Positions 27,803-40,818 are shown, counted from the stretch's first letter. The stretch: 64,000 nucleotides of DNA from Eledone cirrhosa (GCA_964016885.1 OZ024740.1:260772001-260836000); one strand, 5' to 3'. Program-made: numbers and translations. The notes: generated by a model from the letters alone, not told the origin.

Positions 27803-28660
27803 ATGGTATCTCCCTGGAGCACTCCAGTCAGTATCTCAAAGAACTCTGTCATCCCATCAGGTGTAATGATTTTGGTGAAAAATATATCGGATGCTGAATT
27901 TGCCAATGACATAGTTTTGGTGACAAATACAGTGAAGGAGGCAGAGGATTTGATGCAGGAGGTTGAGACTGTATTGAGTGTGGGGCTGAGAATGAATGAG
28001 ACTAAAACAAAATATCTGGTAGAGAATGTTGAGAAGCCAGAGGGGATCACTAATGTAAGCGGGAAGCCGCTAGAATTGGTTGAGGACTTCCTGTATTTGG
28101 GAGCAAAGATTGGGAATACGGAAGATGATGTGGCTGAGAGGAAAAGCAAAGCCTGGGCGGCGTGCCACAGCTTGAGATTGGTGTGGGAGTCAGACCTTCT
28201 TAAAGACCTGAAAATCCGCCTCTTCATTGCTGTAGTGGAGTCTGTGCTGTTGTATGGGTCTGAGACTTGGACACTGACCAAGAAACTCACTCAGATGGTG
28301 GATGGGTGCTACACGAGAATGCTGAGGATGGTTCTGAACATTAATCAGTATACACTGAGGATGAAAAACTCAGAGCTGTATGGGAGCCTCCCAAAAGTCA
28401 GCTCAAAAGTGTCACAGAGGAGACTGAGGTTAGCTGGACATGCTCACCGACATCCAGAGTTGACATTGCACTCAGTGCTCCTGTGGGAGCCCCTACATAG
28501 ACACAATGGAAGAGGAAGACCAAGATTAACGTATGTTGATGCCCTAAGGACAGACACTGGTCTGTTGGAGACGCAGGACATGGCAGCGATAATGAGGGAC
28601 AGAGACTGCTGGAGAGAACTCGTCCATGGATCTCGGGAATTTTACCCGCCCTAGAATACA
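27803..28660 (+). mobile_element. 5'-truncated RTE-like LINE of a third family with an inverted 5' segment
   Basis: Plus strand: SDAEFANDIVL (YADD region), FLYLG, VLLYGSETW, RRLRLAGH, GRPRLTY. Minus strand about 27803-27870: ITPDGMTEFFEILTGVLQGDT. Confidence 0.85.
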
Positions 28661-28805
28661 TACATATACAGCCGTAGAAAACCAGCCAGAAACAGTCCTA
28701 TATGAATAAGAAACGGTCACCCGACCCAACTTGCTTCTAAATGTGACAAACCCATTTAACCCATGCTAGCGTGGAAGATAGACATTAACAATGATAATGA
28801 TGATG

Positions 28806-28848
<43 letters not shown>

Positions 28849-28916
28849 GGGCGAAGGGTCTGTGCATGCAACGCATGCGTTATAGAATCTTGAGTTGATC
28901 AATTGCGTCGGTTGAA

Positions 28917-29120
28917 GCAAGCAGAATTTTGGCTGTTTTACTAAAACGTATAGACACAAAAAAAGATTACACACACACACAACAGCTTTGGGGCAAGCAG
29001 AATTTTGACTGCTTACTAAATCGTAGACACATAAAAAGACACACACACACGACGGCTTTGGGGCAAGCAGAATTTTGACTGCTTACTAAATCGTAGACAC
29101 ATAAAAAGATAACACACACA
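28917..29120. repeat. About 70-bp tandem repeat, 3 copies
   Basis: GCAAGCAGAATTTTG at 28917, 28992 and 29062. Confidence 0.85.
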
Positions 29121-29375
29121 CACACTAGATAACACTACATGCAGCTTTGACCGGGAGGGTCATTAGAGGGAAAAAAAAAGGGGGGGGGGGGTAAGGCTGC
29201 ACAGCCACACTTTCCACCATGGCGATTGGACTGCATGCCCTGCTTTCCAGGTTACCCTTTGCCACTGATATATATATATATATATATGTGTGTGTATATG
29301 TATATATATATATATGTGTGTATATGTATATACATTATATATATATATATATATCGATATATATACACACACATA

Positions 29376-30101
29376 CTTGGCAGGGCAATAAAGTCTTTAG
29401 AATAGTAGGTTGTGTGCCGTATATAGCAGCAAATGTAGTTAATATTAGTTGAAATTTAAACTTTGTTGTACATGTGATATTTTGTTGTACATGTGTTATT
29501 TTGTATGAATGCTGTATTTTGTCACAGGCCCATGCATAATCATTTTGTTGTCATTCGTGTGAGTTTATAATACACACATCAAATGGATTTAAGCCAAGAA
29601 AATTTTTGAGCATATGTTTTCACTGAACAAGGGAAATCGGCAACAAATATTACACAATTGAATAGACAACGTAGAATTAACAACGTTCCAGCAAATTCAA
29701 CCATTTATCATTGGGTGAAACCATTCAAAGATGGCAGTAGAACATCACTTATTGATGCTCCTCGTTCTGGCTGTCCTAGCACAACTGCTATTCATGCCAA
29801 TGTTCAACTCATTCAAAGTATCATTGATGCTGAACCAAAATAATCATTGCTTTGCATTGCATATGTTACTGGAATAAGCAAAACAGAATAAAGAAAGACG
29901 AGAGGTGGTGGATGTCATTACACTGATTCCGACAATTGCTGAATGAACTGTTCCAGAAAGAGTTAAATACTTTGCATAAGCACTGTAAAGATGTTATTGA
30001 ATTCAATGGAGATTATGTTTTGCAGAATAAATAAATTTTAGTTTCAATATTGTGCATTTTCATTTAAAGTGTTATTCTAGGGACTTTATTGCCACGCCAA
30101 G
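29376..30101 (+). mobile_element. Internally deleted mariner transposon
   Basis: TIRs CTTGGCAGGGCAATAAAGTCTTTAGAATA and CTTGGCGTGGCAATAAAGTCCCTAGAATA with TA on both sides; HTH remnant TIYHWVKPFKDGSRTSLIDAPRSG and C-terminus CKDVIEFNGDYV. Confidence 0.88.
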
Positions 30102-30496
30102 TATATACAAATATATAAACAGTGTCAGATTCTCCAAGGAAACTCTAACCTTTTTGCCAAAATGCTGAACATGTGCCAAATTAGCAGTCCCCTACAGCTT
30201 TGGATGAAACAGAGAGGACATGGCTGGGAACTGAAAGTATGCAGTTCAACAGGCAAACCAGGCCTCAATGTTCAGTCCTGAGAAGAAATTTTCAATCAAG
30301 CACTGATTGAAATTGAAGATCAATTTTCGCCATGGGAGGCAAGAGTCTGGTTCTGGACTGCCAAAAACAAACCATCAATTTAGTGGTTTAACTTCAAGAG
30401 AGTTTACAAGAGAGACAAATTATGACATCACAAAGTTAGCTGCATTTATGAATGATCAAGAAGTAAAACTATTCTTATTATTTATTCTTTCATAGG

Positions 30497-30748
30497 GAGG
30501 TGGATTGGCAGTATCAGTAGAGTCAGACACCATGCTTTGCAGCATAGAGTTACAGTCCTTTAGGTCCGAGTTCAAAACCCCGCCGAGGTTAACTTTGCCT
30601 TTCATCCTTATGGGGTCGATAAAATAAAGTACCAGTAACGTACTGGGGTCGATAAAATAAAGTACCAGTAACGTACTGGGGGTCGATTTAATCGACTTTC
30701 CCCTCCCCCAAAATTACTGGCCTTGTGCCTATACTAGAAATCATTATT
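30497..30748 (+). mobile_element. tRNA-derived SINE with AACTTTGCCTTTCATCC..GGGGTCGATAAAATAAAGTACCAG core (Nin-domain-like)
   Basis: Box A and B-like head; same core recurs near 24650, 48430, 49855, 59265, 61295 (+) and 50280, 50475, 54255, 61000 (-); internal 33-bp duplication. Confidence 0.8.
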
Positions 30749-31374
30749 TATTCTTTCATCTTTAGTAATGCATTAGTAATGCACTGGAGTAATTGCTGGC
30801 CTTGTACCAAAAGTAAAAACCATTATTTATTCTTTGCCTAACATTACTTCTCTCTCCGCTCTTTCACAAAAGTGGTAATGGGACAGTATGTGTATGTGCG
30901 TATGTGCATGTCGGCGTTCTTAAATTAGAGACATATATATGTGTGTGTGTGAATGTCTGTTTGTGTGTGTTGGCGTTCTTAAGTTAATGACATATATATA
31001 TATATATATTACAAACAAACCTTAGGACAATCAAGTTTATATATTGTGCGTTATTTTTTTCCAATGTTATTTGAATTAACACAACAAATATTTTTATTGT
31101 AGTGTTTTACAGTTTGTTTGGAGAAAAAAAAAAAAAAAAAAATTTATCTGACAATTTCAGAATATAATTTGAAATCCCAACATGTACATATGTCTAAAAA
31201 TAACAACCCAATACATTCTGATATTCCAAGATTTTCTACATATGTCTAAAATTAACTACACCTAATACACATTCATATAAAGAGATAATTAAAACAACAT
31301 TACTGAGTGAACGTCCAATACATTCTATAGTTGTTTCTATTTCGGAAGTTGTGTGGTGTGTAATATCACTTCAA

Positions 31375-34300
31375 ATGCCTCGGAAATGTTCCAGATCATT
31401 ATATGGAAGATCATCTTCAGGGGCCAAGAGAAAGAAAACAGCAATCTGAAGAAAGTGAAGAAGCTCGACAAGCCCATCCAGCTGCTGACAGAGCCAAAAC
31501 AGTTTTAGCATGAGAACATGAATTAGCAGTGGACAAACGATTTGGATGAAAAGGAACAAAGGATTGCTGCTACATGAGAATAACAAATTGAGGAACAGCA
31601 GCAAATTAGACGAAATGCTGATCAAGCACATCGTTCGACTGCCTGAGCAGGAGAATAAGCCATGATGGGTGTGTTTTCTTATGACTCCCAAAAGGACTAC
31701 AGCAGTAATCCACAAATCAACATTGGAAAAATAAACAAATGCTGCCAGTATTGTGGTGCCAAGAAATGGACAGCAGAACTACCAGGTCTATGCTGCTCAA
31801 AAGGCAAAGTCAACCTTAAAACAATACAAGGACTTGCTGAATTTCTGAAGAATCTGCTCCTTCAGCATACACCAGAAGCACAACACTTCAATAAATACAT
31901 CCAAAAATATAATTCTGCCTTTCAAATGACATTTTTGGGAGTTGACAGGAATGTGATTGACTTTAGATTCTGTACAACTTATAAAATTCAGGGACAGTGC
32001 TATCACTTAATGGGTGGCTTGCTGCCACTTTCACAGGAGCCTCACAAATTTATACAGATTTACTACATGGGTGGAAATGAAACAGAGGCACAACAAAGAT
32101 GTACCAATGTCCATTGTGGATTGCAGTTCTACATAGTCATGAAGTGACAAGAAATGCTTCAGCAATATCACATGTACGTCAGTGTATTTAATTATGCACT
32201 GGAGCATATGAACAACACCAGAGATTGTAAAATCATCATTAGGGCAGACAAACGCCCAGCTTCAGAACATGAATGCAGGTTCAATGCACCTGTCACTGTT
32301 GAAGTTGCAATCATAATGGTTGATGAACAGCATGAACAATGTAACATTGTTTTGCAAATATGAAATGGATAGTTGGAATTGTCAAGATAGATATAATTAT
32401 CAGCTACAGCAGATCAACCTAGGAATAGGACTGGAAACTGGCTGATCAATCAGCTGCAAAGAATTCTATGCTTATCATTTCATGGTACGTGACCACTTCA
32501 ACCAAGTTCTGAGATTCAAAGAAGTAACCAGCCAGTTCATGATGGACATGTATGCCAAAATTGAAACAGATTGGGTTTCCTGTGAAGGAATCAAAGTAAG
32601 TTAAGGGCAGAGAACTACCTCCACCTTAGAGATGCCATCAATTCTGATAGGGACCCAAGAAATATTGGTCAGCCAGTCATACTACCATCAAGCTTCATGG
32701 GAGGACCATGTTACATGCATGAACGTATTCAAGATACAATGGCCTATGTTGAAAAATTTGGTCAGCCAGATCTCTTCATTACATTTAACTCAAACTGGAC
32801 AGAAATATCAAATAAATTGTTTCAAAATCAAAAACTTAAAGATCGACATGACCTCAGTGCTCGGGTTTTCCATGAAAAAAAAAAAAAAAAAAAAAAAAAC
32901 TCTGGCTCCTAAAATAAGGAAGAATCTTTGGTGAGCTTAGTGCCGGATGAGATCAGTATTGAATGGCAGAAGGGAGGTCTTCCTCACTCTCATGCACTAA
33001 TCTGGTGCAAGGAGAAGATAAGACCAGATGATGTTAAGATCATTTCAGCAGAGTTGCCTGATAAAGATGGTGATCCAGAACTCTTTGAAACCATCAAGTC
33101 CAAACTCATCAATGGTCCATGTGGAGTCATCAATCCAGTCTCTCCCTACATGAAAGATTAAAAATGCAGCAAGCATTATCCTGGAGCTTTTATTCAGGAA
33201 ACTCAGACTGACTATGTTGGATAGCGCCTTTATTGTAGGCGTAGACCAGAACATAGAGGCAATGACCATAGGAGCTGACCATAGACAACCGGTGGGTAGT
33301 CCCACACAACAGATTGTTGTGTAAACTTCTAAAAGTTCATATCAATATTGAGTATTGTAGCTCTGTCAAAACTATACTATATGTCACAAAATATAACAAC
33401 AAGGGGAGTGACATGGCTACCTTTGTTACTGAGCTGGATGAAGTCAAACAGTATCAGACAGGTCGATACATATCCGGCAATGAAGCTATCTGGCGGATCT
33501 TTGAATTTGATATCCACCAACGCCACCCAACAGTGGTCAACCTCGCAGTCGGTCTGGAAAATGGACAAAGTGTACTTCATTGAAACCACTGCTATAACTG
33601 CTTTTTTAAAACTGTCAGAATGAAGAATATGCTGACATCCTATACATGGACCAATTGTAAGACCTGGAATCAAAGGAAACAGGGTCATTTAGTGGAAGGT
33701 CATGAAGTCAAGGCAAGTGATGTTATTAGGCACGTTTTCAATATCCACCCCAACAACAGAGTGTTTTTATTTACAGCTAATGCTGCATACTGTTCAAGGA
33801 CCAACCTCATTTAAAGATTTCAGGTACTTCAGAGGAAGGGTGTACGCTATATACCAAGAAACATGTAAACAGCATGGACTCCTGCATGACAATGGATATT
33901 TGAAGAAGACCCTAAAAGAAGCAGCAGTCACTTGAATAGCCAGTAAAATAAGACAATTGTTTGCTATTATGCTCACAGTACAAAAACAATATGTCGGACG
34001 ACTATCTACACCTAGCCTGAAGACATCATGGTAATATGTATATGGAATATACCCCCAGGATTTACAATCAAGCTCTCTGCGACCAGTCCCATTGAGTTCA
34101 GACAATGAATAGCATTGTAGGATGCCAGAGCCAGATGAAGAAATGGAGGTAGCACAAGAAGGTTTTAGGAGAGAAATGGAGGTAGCACAAGAAGGTTTTC
34201 AGGAGACACACTACGATATTCAAACATTGTGTAAGTTTGTGGATAAAAATGAACTTTGATTGGTGGATGACCAGAAATACGCCTACCACAACATCATGGA

Positions 34301-35119
34301 AAACATTTAAAATGACAGGGGAAGACTTTTCTTCAGCGATGCACCTGCTGGCACAGGTAAGACATTCCTCATAAACCTCTTGCAGAGTTCGCCAAAAGAA
34401 ACATTGCTCTTGCTGTGGCTTCAAGTGACATTGCAGCAAAACTTTTGGATGGAGAAAAAACTGCACACTTCATGATAACAATTTGGGATGAAACCACCAT
34501 GAGCCATAAATGAACAATTGAAACTTTGGACTGGACAATTAGGGATCTGAGAGAAAATACTTGCATAATGGGAGGACTGACAATAGTCCTTGCTGATGAT
34601 TTCAGACAAATTCTGCCTGTAATTCCATGAGGGACTCAAGCTGATCAGGTCAGAGCCTGTCTGAAAACATCCTATCTTTGGCCCCACTCAGCAGCTGAGT
34701 CTTACAACAAATATGCATGTACAATTGACTGGTGACAATGGTGTCAGTGAGTTTGCCATCCAACTACTTAAATTAGAAAATGAGCTTCCTGAAAAAGATT
34801 CTAACAACCATATTCAGTTGTCATTTAAACATATCAGACTCAGTTTTGCCACGACCTTCAATAAATCTCAAGAGCAATCATTGAAAGCTGGTACGACAAG
34901 GGTTGGAAACCCTAATTGTCTCTTCATTGCCACAGGGCAAAACCAAGAATGTTGTTTATCCAGATGCTTTGGAATGAGCAAAATCATAATTTCTCAATGA
35001 CAATACACACAGATACCAATTCCTTAGTCATATAGTTTGTAAAGAATTCTGAAGTCACAATTTACTGCATAGTGTTACTTTGGAAGAATATGCAGACATT
35101 CCTGGGTATATAAAGTAGT
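31375..35119 (+). mobile_element. Decayed autonomous-type Helitron (RepHel)
   Basis: Zn motif CQYCGAKKW..CCSKGKV, YNSAFQMT, Rep motifs PDLFITF, IEWQKGGLPHSHALIW, YVTKYNNKGSD, helicase motif I DAPAGTGKTFLIN near 34340, FATTFNKSQ; many stops and frameshifts; 5' boundary approximate. Confidence 0.92.
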
Positions 35120-36263
35120 ATGTACAGGGGTGCTGTCAGTAAAGTGAGAATAGGAATGGAGTTTAGTGAGGAATTCCAGATACAAGTAGGTTTACATCAG
35201 TGTTCGGTCCTCAGCCCGCTCTTGTTCATTATAGTCCTCCAAGCCATAACAGAGGAGTTTAAGACTGGCTGCCCATGGGAACTTCTCTATGCTGATGATC
35301 TGGTTCTTATAGCAGAATCAGTAGAGGAGTTAGAGAATAAATTCTGGCTATGGAAACAGCAGTTGGAATCAAGAGGCCTGAGAGTGAACATAGTTAAAAC
35401 AAAAGTGTTGATAAGTAGAAGAGAGGACAATACTGATTCCATCGGGGAAATGGCCATGTTCGATATGTAGGAAAGGAACTAGCATAAATTCCATAAAATG
35501 TACGCAATGCAGATCTTGGGTACACAAGAGATGTAGTGGGATAGCAGGCAAACTAACAGGTAGGGAAAACTACGTATGCAGTAGATGTACAGGGAAAGTT
35601 GGCAGTAGTAATCGCAGTGATAGACACATTTTTCCAATGCAGGTGGGTTCTATAGAAGTGGTTGATAGCTTCCAGTACCTAGGTGATCAGATTAGCATGG
35701 GAGGGGGGTGTTTTGAGGCCATAGTATCTAGAATAAGGACGGGTTGGAAGAAGTTTGGGGAGCTTCTTCCTCTGTTGACTAAGAAGGGTTTCTCCCTGCG
35801 TACAAAAGGACGGTTATATGATGCCGATGCGGCGATGCTGCATGGTAGTGAGATATGGGCAGCAACTGCAGAAGATATGCGACGGTTGGAGAGAAATGAA
35901 GCAAGTATGCTCCGTTGGATGTGCAATGCCAATGTGCGTGAACGACCAAGCATAGGCGAGTTGAGAAAGAAACTGGGTATAAGAGGGATAATTTGTGGTG
36001 TGCAGGAGAGAAGAGTGAGATGGTATGGACATGTGATGCGCATGGAGGATGACCGCTGGGTAAAGAAGTGCCAAGAAATCCCAGTAGAAGGAAGACGTAG
36101 TAGAGGTAGACCACGAAAAACATGGGCAGAGGTGGTGAGAGCAGACCTCATCGCTGAAACTCACCGAGGAGATGACGAAGGACCGTGACAAGTGGAGAGA
36201 TGCTGTGCTGAATAGAACCCGTCCAACCCTTGCAAGCGGGGAAAAGCGGACGTAAACTGATGA

Positions 36264-36267
<4 letters not shown>
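35120..36267 (+). mobile_element. 5'-truncated RTE family B
   Basis: LLYADD, PHD-type finger, HGSEIW, GRPRKTW, (GAT)n tail. Confidence 0.9.
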
Positions 36268-36305
<38 letters not shown>

Positions 36306-36307
<2 letters not shown>

Positions 36308-37760
36308 CATCATCATTGTTTAATGTCCATTTTCCATGCAGGCATAGGTTAGACGGGTTGTCCCATTAGAGGCAAGTCTCGTCAGGTGACCGTTTCTTGC
36401 TTATATAGAACTATTTCTCGATAGGTTTCTACAGCTGGATGCCTTTTGTTGTGACACCTACATGGCAGCTTTACAGTAGGTACTGGGTGCTTTTTGTCAT
36501 GACGCCAATACAACCACTTTACAGTGTGTGCTAGGTGCTTTTTGTCGTGACACCTATATGACCAGTTAACAGTGTGGGCTGGGCGCCTTTTGTCGTGTCA
36601 CCTTCACAACCACTTTACAGTGTGGGCTGGGAGCTTTTTGTTGTGTTGCCACCACAACCATTTTACAGTGTGGGCTGGAGGCTTTCACTAGATGTATGCT
36701 AGAGCCTGTCCTCATGGGAGATGTATAGGAGGGTGGAGAAGAGTGAGGGTGGTTCATACTATATATATATATGCTTCAGCTTCAGGCTGTGCCCCGTGGG
36801 AAGGCGGCTCTTCTGCATTACTGCATAACATCAGAGATCTCGGTCTTGTGACATCGTCTTTGAGCAGTGCAATTGAGCACCCTTCATACGCATTATGTCC
36901 ATACCAACGCAATCTCCTCTCCTGCACACTGCATCTGATTCCTCTTATGCCTAGTTTCTCTCTCAGTTCGTTTATGCTTTGCCATTCACATATATTACGA
37001 TTACATATCCATTGGAGCATGCAAGCTTCATTTCTTTCCAATCTATGCAAATCTTCTGCACACACTGCCCAGGTTTCACTACCATGCAACATTGCTGTTC
37101 ATATGCATACATCACAGTCTACCTTTCATTTTGAGGAAAAAGCCTTTTGTAGCTAGCAGTGGTAGTAGCTCCCTTAACTTCTTCCAACCCGTTCTTACTC
37201 TGGCTACTGTACTATCAGAACACCCACCTCCGCAGCTAATTTGGTCACACAAGTAGCCAAGGCTGTCTACTGTTTCTACCAAACTTTCCCTGAATTTGAT
37301 AGCGCTTGTTCTCTGTAATCATTTGCTTACTGCCTCAGTGCAGTAGCTACATGTAAAACTTACATTCTTAGCTAAACTTCCCTTAGTTTTTGTCAGGTTG
37401 ACTTTAAGACCCCTTGTTTCTAGGTCCTACTTCTATGTTTAAAATTTCTTCTCTAGTTCCACCATAGACTCCGCTATGAGTGTAAGATCATTTGTGTACA
37501 GGAGTTCCTATAGGCGGCCGGTTTTAAACTCATCTATTATAGCCTGCAGGAGAGGACTAAGAACAGAGCCCTGCTGGACACCAACCTGTTCACTAAATTC
37601 CTTATACTCATTGTTAAACCTAACTTTGCTGATTGCTCCCCTATACATGGCTTGTATGGCCTTCACAAGCCACTCATCTACTCTTAGTTTTCTAAGAGCC
37701 CACCAGATTATGGCATGGAGCACTCTGTCAAAAGCTTTCTCCAGATCAAGAAATGCCATG
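36306..37760 (-). mobile_element. Decayed, rearranged RTE family A-like copy
   Basis: FLDLEKAFDRV, GVQQGSVLSP and MLHGSETW on minus strand; 3' UTR with about 42-bp repeats at 36306-36690. Confidence 0.85.
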
Positions 37761-38068
37761 TATATATATATATATATAGCACTTGCTAGCAGGGAAAGCG
37801 GACATTAAAGCGACCATGATGATGATGATATAGGTGTATATTGGGAGGTGACAACAGTTACAAAGTTTAGTAGTTCATCACCAGTTAAAACTGGTCATTC
37901 TGTTTAGTTAACCATGATGTAGTAGGAGGAAAAGTACTCCAGGTTACACAACTCATCTATCGTTGATGTTGAATCCTGTGGTTAGTGTAGGAACAATTAA
38001 ATATTGGTCTGATTAAAACAACAGGAGGCCAGACTGGTGATGTACCTTTAAAGTTTTATTGTTTCAAA

Positions 38069-38128
38069 AACACTATATATATTTCAATGCCCTGGTTACG
38101 TAAGATAATGGCAACATCATCAGGTGCT
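38069..38128 (-). ncRNA. Minimal type I hammerhead motif (left arm)
   Basis: Minus strand AGCAC-CTGATGA-T-GTTGCC...GGCATT-GAAA-TATATA-TA-GTGTT: stem I 5 bp, palindromic loop 3, AUA site. Confidence 0.6.
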
Positions 38129-38260
38129 GATTGCATAATTAATTAATCAATAAAGGAATTACGGCAAAAACAGAAACAATATTTGATTCGGAGATGGCAC
38201 GCGCCATATATATCATTGTGTTTGTCGTAATTCCTTTATTGATTAATTAATTATGCAATC

Positions 38261-38320
38261 CATACCTGATGATATCCCTCGGATCTTACGCAACCAGGCC
38301 ATTGAAATATATATAGTGTT
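38261..38320 (+). ncRNA. More degenerate hammerhead motif (right arm)
   Basis: CTGATGA 38266-38272, GAAA 38304-38307, TATATA-TA-GTGTT; stem II eroded. Confidence 0.45.
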
Positions 38321-38996
38321 TTTTGAAACAATATAACTGCATATATATATGCTCCCAATAGACATTGTAAAATGGTTGGCATTTTGAAATGTTCACCCAG
38401 CCATAGAAGCCAACTCAGAAAATGGACTACACATACACACACACACACATGTGTGTGTGTGTGTCTGTATACACACATATATACAGTGAAGGCGCGTGGC
38501 CGAGTGGTTAGAAAATTGGATTCGCGATGCGTCCTTGAGCAAGTCACTTTATTTCACGTTGTTCCTTTCTGGAGTTGCGACCGATAGATAGTATTAGCAG
38601 TTGGAAAAACCAAAGGGAACTTTGTTTCCTCGGTCCAATTTATATACATATACAAATATCCATATATGTACAGACATCCATATATATACATACAATCATA
38701 CATATATATATACATACAAACATACATATATATATACATACAAACATACATATATATATACATACAAACATACATATATATATACATACAAACATACATA
38801 TATATATACATACAAACATACATATATATATACAAACATACATATATACATAAAAACATACATATATACATACAAACATACATACATACAAACATACATA
38901 CAAACATACATACATACATACATAGGCATTTAACAATCAACGAGTGTTTAAAACATATACACACACATTTATATACGTGTGTGTATATATATATAG

Positions 38997-39106
38997 GGAA
39001 ATGTTTAACCCCGACGGCAGAGCTCAAGCCGTTTCGACGGCTATTTCTGGACGTCCAGAAATAGCCGTCGAAACAGCTTGAGCTCTGCCGTCGGGGTTAA
39101 ACATTT
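38997..39106. repeat. Near-perfect palindrome with no spacer, about 55-bp arms, centred on GACGTC
   Basis: AAATGTTTAACCCCGACGGCAGAGCTCAAGCCGTTTCGACGGCTATTTCTGGAC followed by its reverse complement, one internal mismatch. Confidence 0.95.
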
Positions 39107-39300
39107 TTCTATTACCCTCTCTACTACCCTAAGCATTGAGTACTCTGGTGCGTTATGGTCCATCTGGTTCCTTACCACGCCTCCTTCGTTATATATATAT
39201 ACATATATAGAGATGTGCATAAATACATATAAACACACACACATATATATAAACTACATTCAAAGGATGTAAAGTACACAAGAATAATATACAAACACAA

Positions 39301-39331
<31 letters not shown>

Positions 39332-39443
39332 AACTACACACACGTTATATACATAAGTAGATGGATGTAGGGTAAAATACACAAGAGGAACATATACAAT
39401 ACAAGACAGCAACAAATATGTAGAACCACATCACACAACTTAC

Positions 39444-39619
39444 CAAATACCACATTCAAACTTCTCTAGCTCTTCCTTAGAGGGTTTCTGTAGTAATATA
39501 TCAGGTGGGTAACCTCCAGGCTTCACTAGGCTTGGTGTTGTCTTCCACAAGCGACGTTCATCTCCATTATTAGAAATTAAACGTAATGTTGCATCAAGGA
39601 GTGAAATTAAGTCGGACAT
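39444..39619 (-). CDS. Probable first coding exon of a host RING-finger gene, TRAF-like
   Basis: ATG in CAACATG context; 58 codons MSDLISLLDATLRLISNNGDERRLWKTTPSLVKPGGYPPDILLQKPSKEELEKFECGI plus TG, then donor GTAAGT at 39443 (phase 2, giving CGIC if the next base is T/C). GGY...KFECxIC resembles the RING entry of TRAF proteins. Confidence 0.65.
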
Positions 39620-39900
39620 GTTGAGAGAAAAAGCGAAAGACGGCGATTTTTTTTAAATATTAATTATTTAGCTCTTACAAAGTGGTAAGAGCGATGAAAT
39701 TAAGAAACAAAACTGATGTAAATGTTATTATATAGAGTAATTTCCGCAAAAAAAAGGTTGTCAGACTGTGTCAGACATAAAGTTTTAAGATTTAATTTTA
39801 AACCATTATTGTAGATAGAACGTAGGTTGGTATTACATGTGGCGGTATCTGACGGTAAAGTATGACAACTGACTATCACTCAGGGGAGGTAATTCACTTA
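39620..39900 (-). promoter_or_regulatory. Candidate 5' UTR and promoter of the TRAF-like gene
   Basis: Non-repetitive, relatively CpG-retaining stretch directly upstream of the ATG; no TSS evidence. Confidence 0.3.
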
Positions 39901-40075
39901 ACTCATTTATAACACGTTTTAGTTTTCCAGGCCTATCACCACTGCAACACCCCTCTCTCCCTTTCTTTCTCTCTGCCTCTCATACACCAACCCACACCCA
40001 CCCACTCTCTCTCCATCTATGTCCCCCTCTCTTTCTCACACATACGCAATCACTCACTTTCTCTCTCACTCTCTC

Positions 40076-40226
40076 GGAGTTATATAACTACTATAAATTA
40101 GTCACTATATCGATGACACTGTATGATCAATCAACCTTCTGAAACGATCGTAAAACGTTTCAGAAGGTTGATTGATCATACAGTGACATCGATATAGTGA
40201 CTAATTTATAGTAGTTATATAACTCC
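40076..40226. repeat. Fold-back inverted repeat, about 70-bp arms, 9-bp spacer
   Basis: 40076-40146 versus 40156-40226, one mismatch. Confidence 0.95.
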
Positions 40227-40310
40227 ACAAACTAAGCACACAACACACACAAAAACAAGATGGCGTAGGACAGAACAAAGGAGAGGAACAAAAACAAAGA
40301 AAAGAATCCC

Positions 40311-40354
40311 AGTCACTGAAGAGGTCACAGAATGTGTGACGAAAGAACTTTGAC
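40311..40354 (+). ncRNA. Minimal type I hammerhead motif, copy 1
   Basis: AGTCA-CTGAAGA-G-GTCACA-GAATG-TGTGAC-GAAA-GAAC-TT-TGAC. Confidence 0.65.
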
Positions 40355-40563
40355 AATATATGAACAATCGTCTGGTTGTAGAACCAACCAACCAACCGGA
40401 AATTTATAAATTCTTAAATTTATAAATTTAATTTATAATAAATTGACGTGAAAGCAACTGGTACGTGTGTTTCTTATTGGCAACATGACCCTCCCAAAGC
40501 ATAACAATATCGGTTTCAACACACGTTTTCAGATAAAGAATCTTGCTAAACAAATTCAGAAAC

Positions 40564-40619
<56 letters not shown>

Positions 40620-40773
40620 ATACTTTGGGAGGGTCATGTTGTCAATAAGAAACACACGCACCAGTTGCTTTCACTTCAATTTATTATATATTTATAAATT
40701 TATAAATTTACAAACCTATAAATTTCTGGTTGGTTGGTTGGTTGGTTCCACAACCAGATAGTTGTTTATATAT

Positions 40774-40818
40774 AGTCATAGTCCTTTCGTCACACACTCT
40801 GTGACCTCTTCAGTGACT
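40774..40818 (-). ncRNA. Minimal type I hammerhead motif, copy 2
   Basis: Exact reverse complement of 40960-41004. Confidence 0.7.

Larger units (their letters stand above)
38057..38333. repeat. Fold-back inverted repeat, arms about 115 bp, each with a degenerate hammerhead
   Basis: 38057-38172 versus 38217-38333. Confidence 0.9.

Noticed and set aside
38997-39106. Palindrome followed by GAAAC as a hammerhead stem II
   Set aside because: No CUGANGA box on either strand; kept only as a palindrome
40076-40226. GAAAC-GATC-GTA at the hairpin centre resembling a PLE hammerhead stem III
   Set aside because: No upstream CUGANGA or stem II
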